From assembly GCF_902459465.1 (NCBI RefSeq), contig NC_047083.1, positions 496,001 through 560,000 of the forward strand: a DNA stretch of 64,000 nucleotides, given 5' to 3'. Within the stretch, counting starts at the first letter, position 1. Each line of letters begins with the position of its first letter. Source of the stretch: Asterias rubens. Its lineage: Eukaryota. The notes under the pieces are model-generated. The model ran no database searches and had not been told where the DNA came from. It saw only the letters and a list, made by a program, of their open reading frames with translations. The translations under genes were made by a program, and so were the position numbers. This document shows, in pieces, positions 1 through 11,034 of this stretch.

Positions 1-43
1 TCATATAAATATTGATGCTGCTCCTAGCCGTGCATACCGAGTT

Positions 44-472
44 CTAGGAGTAACCGTTCATCATTCCTACAACAGTGCTGTGTTCCTTCGCTCGTAACCT
101 CAGTGCAGCTATACTGTTCGTCCTTCGATCTCCACCCTCCTGCCCACAATGCATCACTCCACCACTCTCCCCGTACTGTCCGTTATATGTATTCACATTC
201 TGTGCAGCTGCAGCGTGTGACATGAACTGCGCAGCGGCGGGGTTACCGGCGGTGACGGCTTGCGCCATGGCGTTGATTGGATTATTGGCTTGTTGTGTGA
301 GTTGGTTGAGCTGGTTGAGTTGGTTCTGATTAGTAACGCCCATAAAACTGGGGAGATTGGACTGAGGTGCCATACATGAGTTGTGAGGAGGTTGTTGCAT
401 CTGCATAGGGGCGGGGTTCATTGTTGAGGTCAGGGGTGAAGACATGTTGTGACCCCATGGCGAGGCCTGCAT
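44..472 (-). CDS. alx1: alx1 last coding exon with OAR motif (TNSIAALRLRAKEH), ends ...GMMNGYS*
   Basis: Pyrimidine-rich acceptor ttgatttgtttag|ATG at 473/472, phase 0; TAG stop at 46-44; OAR motif at about 80-121. Confidence 0.93.
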   Translation of the reverse strand: MQASPWGHNMSSPLTSTMNPAPMQMQQPPHNSCMAPQSNLPSFMGVTNQNQLNQLNQLTQQANNPINAMAQAVTAGNPAAAQFMSHAAAAQNVNTYNGQYGESGGVMHCGQEGGDRRTNSIAALRLRAKEHSTVVGMMNGYS

Positions 473-2132
473 CTAAACAAATCAATCAAAAACAAGAAAA
501 AGATCATTAGTTATCGAAAAGACTAAACTCATCAAAACTGAAATTCCTCTAACTATAAATGTACTAAACCGACATGCAAGCAAACAGCAGTGCCCGAATT
601 TCATGATGTCGTTTCACCTAAAGTATCGATATTATTCGTTGATGGTAAATGAATATTATAACTTTGCAACAGAAACAACCAATACCGCAGGTACAAATTG
701 GTAGTTACATAATCGTCATTCAAAAGAGGGCGCCGTTTATGCGATTTTAACAGAAACAGCTGTAAGTTCCGGTTTTGCAGTAGTTCATCCTACATTGGTT
801 GCCATAAATGAACATCTAAGTACTTCTCAAACTGTTAGTTTTAAACTTTGCAAACAATTTGATGCAAGTATTAATGTTTAATATTCATTTCTGAATATGC
901 TTATGAGAAAAAGGTGTGTAAAGTAACACAGTGCAGTTTGAAAACACTGATTGCGTCATAAAAACATTAAATTCGGAAAAAAACCCACCACAGAGCATCA
1001 TGGTCATATATCTTGATGTTTATTTGGTGTCAGTTTAAAAATTTGAAGTGTCTGGTAACAACTAAAGTTAATATCAATCATTGATATCAAGGTACCAGAC
1101 CAAAATGCTCGGCTTGTGTTTTCATGATGCATGCCACGTGCTTACATGCGTCATAATTGCAATAGTTCATTCCGGTTGGAAACTAATTAAGAAACAACTT
1201 ATAATGAATAACTGAATGTTAATGAGAAAAATCGCATGCAAAACATAAAACCATGCTTGATGTGATATGTGGAGTCTTAACTCGAAAATAACAAAATAAA
1301 TCATAAAAAAGATTGGAAGAAGAACCAAAACGGATTATCGAAAGTAAAAACAGAAACAATGGTAAGAAACGTGCACAAATAAACAAAAAGAAATAAATTG
1401 TAACTTCAACAAAAACCGAGTTCACACATGGCTTGGAATTGAGTGTTTATTCTTTGTTTTGACAAAAAGGGAAAAAATTGTGAGTTTGTGACGGAAGAAT
1501 GAAAACAATCTGGTGGGTATCAAACGAAAAAAAAACATGGTTCTCGTACCTTTTCACAATGAAAATTGCGAACCCACTGCCCCATTAGTCCATAATCTGT
1601 ATGCTTTAAACGAGAAACAGAAAGAAACAAAGAGCAGGGGGTGAATATTTATAAAACCTTTTTTTCTGTTTCAGAAATGTATTAAAATGTTACCCACTGT
1701 GTCCTTTTTGTTTACTTTCTTGTGTTTTAGGCGATACCTTATTTGTAGTGCTCTAACGATCTTCTTTTAAATCGGCTTATAATGAAGGTTTCTTTTGAGG
1801 CTGAATCCGTCAGAATTAAAACTATTGTTGGGAGGAGACTCTGTTTTCAGAGCATGCGCAGATGAGACGAATACTAACAACACTTGTTAATTCTGCTTTA
1901 ATACAACTTGTGTTTTTAAAGAAAGAAATTAATAATGTGTTTATTAGACCATTAGACGAACTGTAAAGCAATACAACTCAAATTTTAAAAATAAAAATCA
2001 CCGTCTACATGTTTAAGAAATAAAAATGAAATCAAAATAATTTTGAATCAAAAGAGGCTGGGCAGGCAATGGCGGGCTCAAAAGTCCGACGATGCTTTGT
2101 GAAGAAGAAAGAAGTCGAAACTAACTAGTTAC

Positions 2133-2303
2133 CATTGGCGACTGGCTATCAACAGCGCCCTCTGCCGCCTGCCCGGAAGCCAGCTTGCGCGTGTCAAATT
2201 CTCGCCGCAGATTTTGCAGGTTCCTGCAAATGCGGAGCATGGCGCCCTCAACGGGCGCCGGTGGCTGAGTGATGTCGCCCACGTGGAACCCGGGGGGACT
2301 CAC
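2133..2303 (-). other. alx1: Alternatively spliced 57-codon exon extension encoding Alx1 Domain 2 (VSPPGFHV...VEGAMLRICRNLQNLRREFDTRKL...SPM)
   Basis: 171 nt open and in frame between two donor sites. Peptide matches the echinoderm Alx1 Domain 2, reported as alternatively spliced and gained by exonization (Khor and Ettensohn 2017). Confidence 0.85.
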
Positions 2304-2435
2304 CTGTGAGTATGCGTCGGGTCGTGGGGCTATAGGCATTTCGTAGCCACCGCCGGGCCCTATACCACGCATGCCCTGCAGCTGTTGGAAGCGCTCCCTC
2401 TTCCGCCATTTTGCACGACGATTCTGGAACCATAC
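2133..2435 (-). CDS. alx1: alx1 exon 3, long form: homeodomain helix 3 (VWFQNRRAKWRKRE) plus Domain 2 extension
   Basis: Acceptor ctttctctctcag|GTATGG at 2436/2435. Proximal donor CAG|GTGAGT at 2304/2303 and distal donor ATG|GTAACT at 2133/2132, both phase 0. Confidence 0.93.
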
Positions 2436-3106
2436 CTGAGAGAGAAAGATTAAGAAGATAGGAATCAAATCAGTGACGTCATGACTTGAATGATTGGGGG
2501 AGTCATGGCGAACTGTGAGAAGCATCCAAGTTCACTGTTGTGTTATAACACTCTGTGTTTATGATTGCACTGGATGGTGGAATGTGCAGAAGTTTGCAAC
2601 AACAACAGCACTTAAGGTTGCTACAACAAAAAGCCCCTCATATAATGTACAACTGCACGTCACACACACTTCAAACACATCGCCACTGCTGACCAATAAC
2701 TTGTTTCATTAATAAACCCATCGGAGAAAAATATTCTACCGCTCTTTAGCGATAGCGCCATCTACGAGGCATAAGTGACATGCTCGCCAATAAATATTTC
2801 TCTCTACAACAGACGTACTATAGCGCCATCTGTTGTCTAAATACAACCAGTGTTTCATCAAGAAGTCACAGCCGACATTTGATTCCAAACAGACCATCTT
2901 GCCACAATAAACCTTGTTGGCATTAGTTTATACATGGTTTATATGATTACAAAAGAAACATAATATTGTAAACACTTTTTTTGTCTCTTCGTAAAAACTT
3001 TACCCTTTTACAAATTGACAAATTATCACGATATGGATTGTAAGTGTGGATGACATGATCCTAAACCACTGCCAACTAAATAGTTAACAATCTTTATAAT
3101 TTAGGT

Positions 3107-3250
3107 TAATAATAATAATAATAATAATAAGACTAGTAATGCGCACGTATCCACCTAGCCCTGGCGGCCTTACACTTTTGTATTATACTACAGCACAGAA
3201 GACGAGTCCTATATAGGGCTAGTATCCACCCTGCTGGGTGTTTAAGGCGC
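3107..3250 (-). mobile_element. Probable 3' end of a LINE/SINE with (ATT)n tail, fragmented
   Basis: (AAT)8 tract adjacent to gtaatgcgcacgtatccacc, with a second gtatccaccctgctgggtg copy. Resembles retroposon 3' tails; family unassigned. Confidence 0.35.
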
Positions 3251-3394
3251 AGGTTTACAACAGAACCCAGTCATATTCAGGGGGCATGGGAGTCAACCAA
3301 TAATCGTTAGAGACGAGGTTTGCAAATAATCTGCCCATTTGATAATGACCAAACAATAATGGTAAACTTTGTGCAGAAACAGAAAGGCTAATAT

Positions 3395-3548
3395 CTCACC
3401 AACTTAGGATTAATCTCAGGAATATAGGACGAGTCAATTTCCCTATCCATATACGTTATGACACATTGAACCCATCCTAAGTTAGGACGGGTTTAATACT
3501 CGTCCTAACTCAAGAAAGTATTTAGTCATAGCGTTTCATGAAATCGGC
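3395..3548. mobile_element. MITE family F (taggac/gtccta internal inverted repeats), degenerate copy
   Basis: Shares cctaagttaggacg...actcgtcctaact and a terminal tgaaatc motif with 4759-4870 and 58496-58598. Confidence 0.5.
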
Positions 3549-4758
3549 TTGTGGAGTTTATTTTCGCCGTCACGTTTGCTACCTTTAGCTAGAAAGAACA
3601 AAAACGGAAAATACGCAGTGAGCAGCTGAAACCAGCTGTTGGGTGAAAGTCGACAAGCACCATGAAAGTGACATACTGTCTGGACGACAAGCTATGATGA
3701 CAAATAGACTGGTTGACAGGGTATGGTGACAGGTCAATGGGTGGAACAAGCCTCTCGCTAGGTTATAGTCAGATCGGTAGGGGTGATGTCCCAAACATAT
3801 TCCTGCTGATTATGTGAAACAAATCACTTCTGAGGAAGTTGTCACTGAGAACTTACTCAAAGGGTTGACAACATTACTAAGAGATGTGTGAATGGAAGTA
3901 TATGAAAAATAAATGCTTGACGAAAGCTAATTCCATCTTTTAATAACACTGTACGATCATGAACTCATAGTTTCAATAAATACATTTATTTGAAAGACAG
4001 AAAAAAAGGTTCCCCCTTCAGCAGATCGTGAATTTTGTTTACCGTCTCAAACCCCCACCTAGGGTCCACCTGTCTAAACCAATCACCCACACAGACAAAA
4101 AACTCGGCATCTCCAGTTTCCTTAGCGTAACCTGCATGTAAACCACCAGTCCGGACCATCCCGGCTCATGGGGCCGCACGACGTTTGATACGGGCTGTAG
4201 AGGAGGTCAGTTTACGCTGACTACTCCCTCCCCCGGAGTGCCGACCGCAGCGATGGAATCTGCATTGGTTGGGGAACATGGATTGCGCCCCGCCACCGTG
4301 AAACACAGGAAAAAGTGGAGCAAGATTCTATATTTATCGGTTCTAATCTTGCAGCTGCGGACGATAAATGTGAACGGACTGGAGAAATATCCAAGACATG
4401 GGAAAATGCGAAATATTCCTGTTTTTATTTAAGAGATAATATATTTTGCTACACAGTGTAGACTCCGGTTAGAGATCTAACATTGTTGGAGAAAGGATTT
4501 AAAAACCAGTCATAATTCTGGAGACAAGTTGTTTTGGATCATAATGCGAAAATTTGCGTGAATTACTTTCCTTATAGGCACCTAGTCAAGATATATTGCA
4601 TTAAAATACAAACTTAAAAGTATTGGACATTTTGGTCTGGTTTCCTATAATATACACAATTACAACTCATTCCAAAAGGAGTCAAATCTTTGTTCCTTGC
4701 TCGTCGCCCGCAAGTAAATTTTTCTGCTAATATTTTGATAAATTAAAGAACGTGTCCA

Positions 4759-4870
4759 GGGTTGGATTTCACACAGACTTAAGAAATAGTCTAATCTTAA
4801 AGGACTAGCCTTAAGTTTGTACTAGTCCTTATAGTTTAGCACTAGTCCTAGCTCTTTTTGAAATCAACCT
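4759..4870. mobile_element. MITE family F inserted in a family-B terminal repeat
   Basis: TIRs ggttggatttca / tgaaatcaacc with internal ggactag/ctagtcc repeats. Flanks (tttgataaattaaagaacgtgtcca and gcctttaa) reconstruct a family-B 3' end. Confidence 0.6.
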
Positions 4871-4877
4871 TTAGCCT

Positions 4878-5245
4878 TTAAAGCTATTGTACACTTTCGG
4901 TAAACAGTATTGTCCAAAGGCCCACACTTCGTGTATCACAACTTATGTATAAAATAGCAAACCTGTGAAAATTTAGGCTCCATCTGTCATCGGAGTCGGT
5001 AGAAAATTACGGGAAACCCACTCTTGTTTCCGCATGTTTCGCCGTGTCATGACATGTGTTTAAAATAAATCCGTAATTCTCGATATCGAGAATTGATATT
5101 GTTTGAATGTTTTCTCAAAAAGTGAATCATTTTATGGACTAATGTTTCAAGAGAAGTCTTTCACCGTTACCTTCTGTAAACCCTGTAAGTTATTTGTAAA
5201 TCTGTGAACTTTTTTTTCTGTTCTGAAAGTGTATAATGGCTTTAA
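4878..5245 (+). mobile_element. MITE family A (Kolobok-type: TTAA flanks, AG...CT termini), full length
   Basis: TTAA|AGCTATTGTACACTTTCGG ... GAAAGTGTATAATGGCT|TTAA. Near-identical to 33127-33498 and 55006-55375. Internal 20-bp palindrome aattctcgatatcgagaatt. Confidence 0.85.
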
Positions 5246-5446
5246 GCGTCGATTGTGCAAATGTTCAAATCACAAATCAGTGTGAATGCAGAAGACAGGC
5301 ATTTCCTGGAGGTCTCCAATAAGGACATCCTGAAGATCAACTTGCTACTTGCTATAATCAACCCGTAGCTGAATGGTACGAACTGTGCAACGTTGCATGC
5401 GTAATTTCACCATGCGAATATTTCTTGAATCTTAATTACGATCATA

Positions 5447-5666
5447 GGGTCATGTCACATGAGACAACTTACAGGGAACCAGTTCCAGGGAACCAGTTAC
5501 AGGCAATCTCCAAGAAGAAAAGTCATTCACACTTCAATATTCTGTTATTTTGTTTGTTGATCACAAGACATTTTTGAAAAATTACCCCTGTGCTACCAAA
5601 GTATTCCTGTAGCATGCACTACTGCCTCCAAGTTGCCTGTAAAAGTTGTTGTGTGTGACAAGGCCC
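5447..5666. mobile_element. MITE family H (GG..CC termini, Harbinger-like)
   Basis: TIR-like ends ggtcatgtcacatgagacaacttacagg / cctgtaaaagttgttgtgtgtgacaaggcc; interior aligns with 22793-22975. Confidence 0.6.
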
Positions 5667-8600
5667 ATAGACTCAATTCTTCTAATATTTTGCTGCATGG
5701 TCACAGGTGACTTTGATTTGTTCAGCCAACATTGAAATGTCCTGCTTCAATGACACTGTATTCCCTAACAAAAGAAATAAGCCAATCTAGCTTCAATCAC
5801 AGGGAGCACTTCTTCCATACTAAACGTACTGTATGCTAAACTCATTGGCTAGTTATCAAACATGTTATTTCCTAATTACTACGAATCAGTCAAAGTCACA
5901 TTGCGTATGGTTTACCGCATAATTCTAGCAACATCATGATTAAACTTACAACCCACCGCATCATTTAAAAATAAAGATCGCCTGACAATGTTTCCCCCAC
6001 CCCAAGGGCGACTTGGTGTAGCTATGGGCAGTCACTACCGTGAGGGAACACCACACGACCGCCATGTCTATGTTTTTATCTTTTACCCCTGCACGGGAGT
6101 TTCCATCAAGATGCTAGACGCCTCTCGTATCCATCGACTTCCGGTGACCCGGTCACGAAGAAGACACTGTTATGACGTCATTGATGAGCAAGGCAGGTTG
6201 TGCGACTCCCCCCTCCCAGCCCCCCCCCCCCCCGAAGAAAAACAACAATTTGTTCTGCACCCACTCAGAGCAATGACTCACGTAACGTTACAAGCCAACA
6301 GCCATAATATATTTTGTTAAAGTTTTCAGGTAGGCAAATCTTTCTGAGGCACAATTCTAAAATTGTAAACTTAAAATAGAAATCATTATCATAATTTGGC
6401 ACATTATTAAAAAAAATTGTTAAGTATTTTTATTTTACATTCTTCAAGACCCTACTTTTAAAGGTGCAGTAGATATGTAGCAGATGGGTGATAGAACTTT
6501 AGAAGACAAGTGTGTTATCTAAGCGCGGTGGTCCCTTTAAAGTTAGCTAGAACTTCAGCCACTGATGAAGTAAATTCATTCTTCAGATGTATTTAGTTCT
6601 TCTAAGTAATGTAAAAGTTTGTCCATGCACACATGTCATTCCTCATCAAAATTTAGCTTAGATAAAATGTTAAAGAGTTAAATGTATTTTCCTCTGGTGG
6701 GATAATCTATTTCAAATATGGAAAATCATTTTCTAAAGTATTTAAAATAAAAAAATAGAAAGTACAAAGACCTCGTGGGAAGGCGTGTTGTGAATACCAC
6801 AAAGTACTTGATGTCTAATCTGGTCTATTTTGCAAAGTTCATACACAGTTTAAAACAGTGATTTGAAAAGCATGCCTTCTCTACTATGGTTTCGTACTCA
6901 AACTGTACGTTGACTCCAAAGTACTCCACAATTGTGGAAATTGAAAACATCAAAATTCTTCAAACAACGTTGAACAAGAGTAAAGAATTAGCCTATTTAT
7001 ATCCTCTAAATGAATAAGAAAACTAAATGAATAAGATGTTGACCATTTCTTATGTACATGCAACAAGTTGACATGAATGTGGTTTTAAGTTACTCTAGCC
7101 GCTTCGTCACAAGCCACGTGACTGGGAAAATACGCTCATTAATAAAAACACAAACAAACAATTATCTTAATGAAAACACATTCGTAAACTAAATCCAAAA
7201 ACGAAATCCCGCAATAGGTAATATTATCCTACCATTAGACTGAGCTAAGCACCATGTCTCAGGGCCAAACTTTAAACATATATCAAGTATTTACGACCAC
7301 TTCAACATCACAAGAATTGCTTTATGGCAACGTATAAATCTCAAAGTTTGTGGCTTACCGACAAAACAGGCCTGGAAACTGGTGAGTTTAAAGGAACTCA
7401 TCACTAGTTAAATGTCACATATTTTGGATATCGGTCTCCCACAGATGACGTTAATGAAAAAGTGGTTACCAGATATAATCTATCAAAATATCACACAAAA
7501 GTGGTTTTTTTTCTGACAACGCAAATACTACATTATATGAAATCTTGCAAGACCAAAATCCCATGTTTGAAAACAATGAAAATATCTGAAGGTTTTCTTG
7601 AGAGTCCATTGACAATTGAGCTGACAGGTTTGTTTTGTCATGTAATTGTCGGGTCACATCAAGTGTGGATACTGGTCTTTGACATTTTACCACTGAGTGT
7701 GACCTTTGCTTTAGTTTAAAGAACCGTGAAAAAAAACAAAGATTGTTTCCCTTTGTCTCGACGATAGTAGGATGCCATCGATAGCTCAGTCATCTTCAAT
7801 CCCAAAAGGGGCATATCATGTAACTTCTACGCACGATTTATTTTGATACACTTCCTTTAACTGTTCTTCATGTAGTATCGAAAGTTGATGAAGTTAATCG
7901 AGCTAGGATCGACTTATTAGTCGCCCGGGAACCATTGGAGGCTGCAATGCCTTGATGTGGCGGGTCGCAAGGGACGATATACGGTAGGCTGCCGAGGCGA
8001 TCTACGGCGCCGCAACTACGCCCCGGCAGCTGGCCCCGTATTGATGGAGTGTTTACTGAGTCGCAGTCACATTGGAAGCATTTTAATAGACTCTTTTGAT
8101 GAAGAGAAATCTCCAGATATCAGAGAGGTTTATACAAAATAACTATTTTGATTCCCCATGACTTATTCATAACTAAACATTACATGTTTTCATTTTGTTA
8201 AAAAAGCAAACAAACGTTTAATAACCGCCACTAAATATTCGTACGTTTTGACGTCACAAAATATTTGTGTGCACATAAAAATACACACACAAAAACCCCA
8301 AAAATACTAATAACAACAACACGTCGTTGAGAGACACAAACATGCCACAAATAAGTTATATGTACGAAAACAAAAATCGCAGCAGTAACAGATTGATACT
8401 CCTTTCTCATCACTCTAGAAATATATTGTACAATAACAAATTGAAGAGCAACGTCAGAAGAAAGATAAACGATAATCAGAAGACTCCCCAATGAGTAAAG
8501 ATTTGTTGGGCATTTGAGACTCCTCAGTTGCGGCAAAGTGGCTATGGGTCGAAGGTCAAACCAGAATGAAAAACTACAAATCCAGAGAACATTTGTTTCA

Positions 8601-9573
8601 CCTGTATCTATCATCAATCATGGAGTCCGAGATTTCAGGAAATGAAAGTAAAACTAAACATGACTAGAGTCACCTGGAATAAATCATGATCTGGTTCCAC
8701 ATGCACTGAGTAAAGTGTGAATGTAAATTCTAAACCTATGATACAGAGCCAGACTATTCCACCCAGCCTCGGTTTGGTAACATTGATTTGAACTCAAAGA
8801 AAAAGTCTGGTCGTCCATCATGATGATGAAGCTTACATCAAAAATCTCGGATACAGTCTATCAAGCTTCGTTTGTGAACATTGAACGCAAACCACATGCA
8901 TTGCAAGACTTATCCACCAACTTTAAAAACAGCCAGTTTCGGGACAAATTAGCTATATCACTCTAAAAGCTGAATTAACTCGACAACCCTGAAGTATGTT
9001 TCTTGTATCTATTCGTTACCATAGCTATATGACTCAGGCTGCTCCATGGGCCAAAGAACTATCATTTACCCCCAGACTCTGACAAGCTCCAACTGTAATC
9101 TTGAAGTAGCGTGGACTTATCTTAGTCGGTTCAGCGTCAGGCCATATTAGTAATCTACCTTAACATTGGTAATTAGGTGATAATTGGATTTGTGTGGTCC
9201 CCCCTCCCCAATCACAGTTCAGCTCTTTGGTGGGGGTGATGACGTCATACCTAAGGTCCTGCATAGCGTCAAGTGGAACAATTCCAAGACTTCCCCTGCC
9301 CCTTTCCGGCCTGTCTTGATAATCATACCCTCCCGCCAGTGTGCGATAGGAATCCAGACTACGGGTAGTTAAAGGGGCAGTGCGACACTAAACAAATAAA
9401 TGTTTCGGTGTTGCCATCGTGATTTTACTCCATTCCAACCCATTGTAACCAAACTGAGGCTGGACGAAATAATAGTCCGGTGCCATGCACAATGAATGTT
9501 AGCACTCATTACTGTTTATAATGTAAACAGGGAACGTGACAAAGATGGTGACAGCGTGAAAAAGGTCTGGTAT

Positions 9574-9615
9574 TACTGATCTTTGACAATTACCAAAGGT
9601 GTCCAGTGCCTTTAA
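9574..9615 (+). mobile_element. MITE family B 3' terminal fragment
   Basis: ctttgacaattaccaaaggtgtccagtgcct|ttaa is identical to the 3' end of 56583-56876. It abuts another ttaa|agggacagtgcga start that resembles the one at 9369. Confidence 0.7.
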
Positions 9616-10937
9616 AGGGACAGTGCGAGACCAGAACAACAATATTTCTAACTCTTACATCTAAGGAGGCAGTCTCATTTGGTTTTCAGTTTCTAAGAAA
9701 ATATGCTGCTCAAAATAAATAAGATGCAATTAAAGAATAAAAGCAGTGGATATAAATTAACACAAGAATGAGTGAAATAAGAATTCGGGCATATGTTGCA
9801 TGGGAACTTTACTTCGTTCTTGATTAAACTGTTTCCGAATAAATAATACCCTCATATAAAAGTCTTGAGAAAGGTTTGGTCTTTCAGTAAACCAATTTGA
9901 GTAGTCTCTTTAAGACTAAATGCTAAGTTCGACCTCCTTTGCAGTAGGCCACGAGAGATCGAGATGGGAGCGGGAAATTCGAAGTGGCGGGTGGGGGACC
10001 ACAGCTGGATCTGCCCCCGATCGTTATCAAGGCAGACCCGGTGGTTGACTCTACCTTCGCACCATGTTATTAACAAGTGATGTTGGTATTTGTATAGAGG
10101 TATATGTGTGCCCCCCCCTCCTCCCCTCGCAAGGGCAGACTGAAATAATCTATGACTAAAATGTCTTCATTGTCTTCTCTACAACAAGGTCGTATGATAT
10201 GTTTTCATAAGGATGCTTTGCCGACAATATAATTCAGATTTAGATTCAGAACTGTCTGTCCGTTCGTTCTTGTTTATGTTTATGTTGCTGTCTGTCTTCA
10301 GACATCTCATCACAAGCCTCGGCTTTTATAAATGATGCCTCTATACTTCTTTAATGTGTCTGCCTTGTTTGCCTACTTCGTTTTCTCATCTTAACAAACT
10401 ACAACAACAGTAAAACCCCAACATCCACAAAACTTCAACTACCTTTAAATCTCCATGTCACGAGTGCTTCTTTAACCATGGATACACCATCGCCCCCATC
10501 TTTTAATTCATGTTACATCAGGTCGACCTTGCAAATTAACCACTCAAAAACTCGATTTAAAAAACCCAACACTCATGACATGTTAACGTAACTATCTGAC
10601 GTCCAGCCTGGCCTATAACACTAAAACCACACACCTACACACACCAACCGAGTCTTAAAATAACATGACAAGACAACATCCATCCCCAACAAGAAGAATA
10701 AAGAAAATCTTAATTTAGATTGGTTGATCTGACATAGTGTATGATTAAAAACTAGGTCTTGCAATCCCATTTCGCCCCACCCCCCGCTACGAGCCCTCAA
10801 TCGAAGTCACTTGCAATCAACGAGTCATCTTAGAGACCAAAGGGAGAAAACCTCAAGGTTTCAATACATCAATGCAGTCCCTTATTACTGGCTGCATTAA
10901 ATTCTCACTTAATTTCTGACTCCACCCCAGCAATGTG

Positions 10938-11034
10938 ATGCGCTAATAGCGCCCGGGAGGGCGTCTTGTCGATGAATAGGGAGTATGCGCTAATATAGCG
11001 CCCAGGAGGGCGTCTAGTCGATGAATAGGGAGTA
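10938..11034. repeat. Tandem duplication of a ~47-bp GC-rich unit
   Basis: atgcgctaat(at)agcgccc(g/a)ggagggcgtct(t/a)gtcgatgaatagggagta occurs twice. Confidence 0.85.

Noticed and set aside
75-329. Plus-strand 84-aa ORF
   Set aside because: Antisense shadow of the GC-rich last alx1 exon. The same applies to 28878-29171 and 46046-46381.
2436-2525. ORF-track N-terminal extension MLLTVRHD... before VWFQ
   Set aside because: It is the intronic polypyrimidine tract and acceptor. The homeodomain's first two helices are in exon 2.
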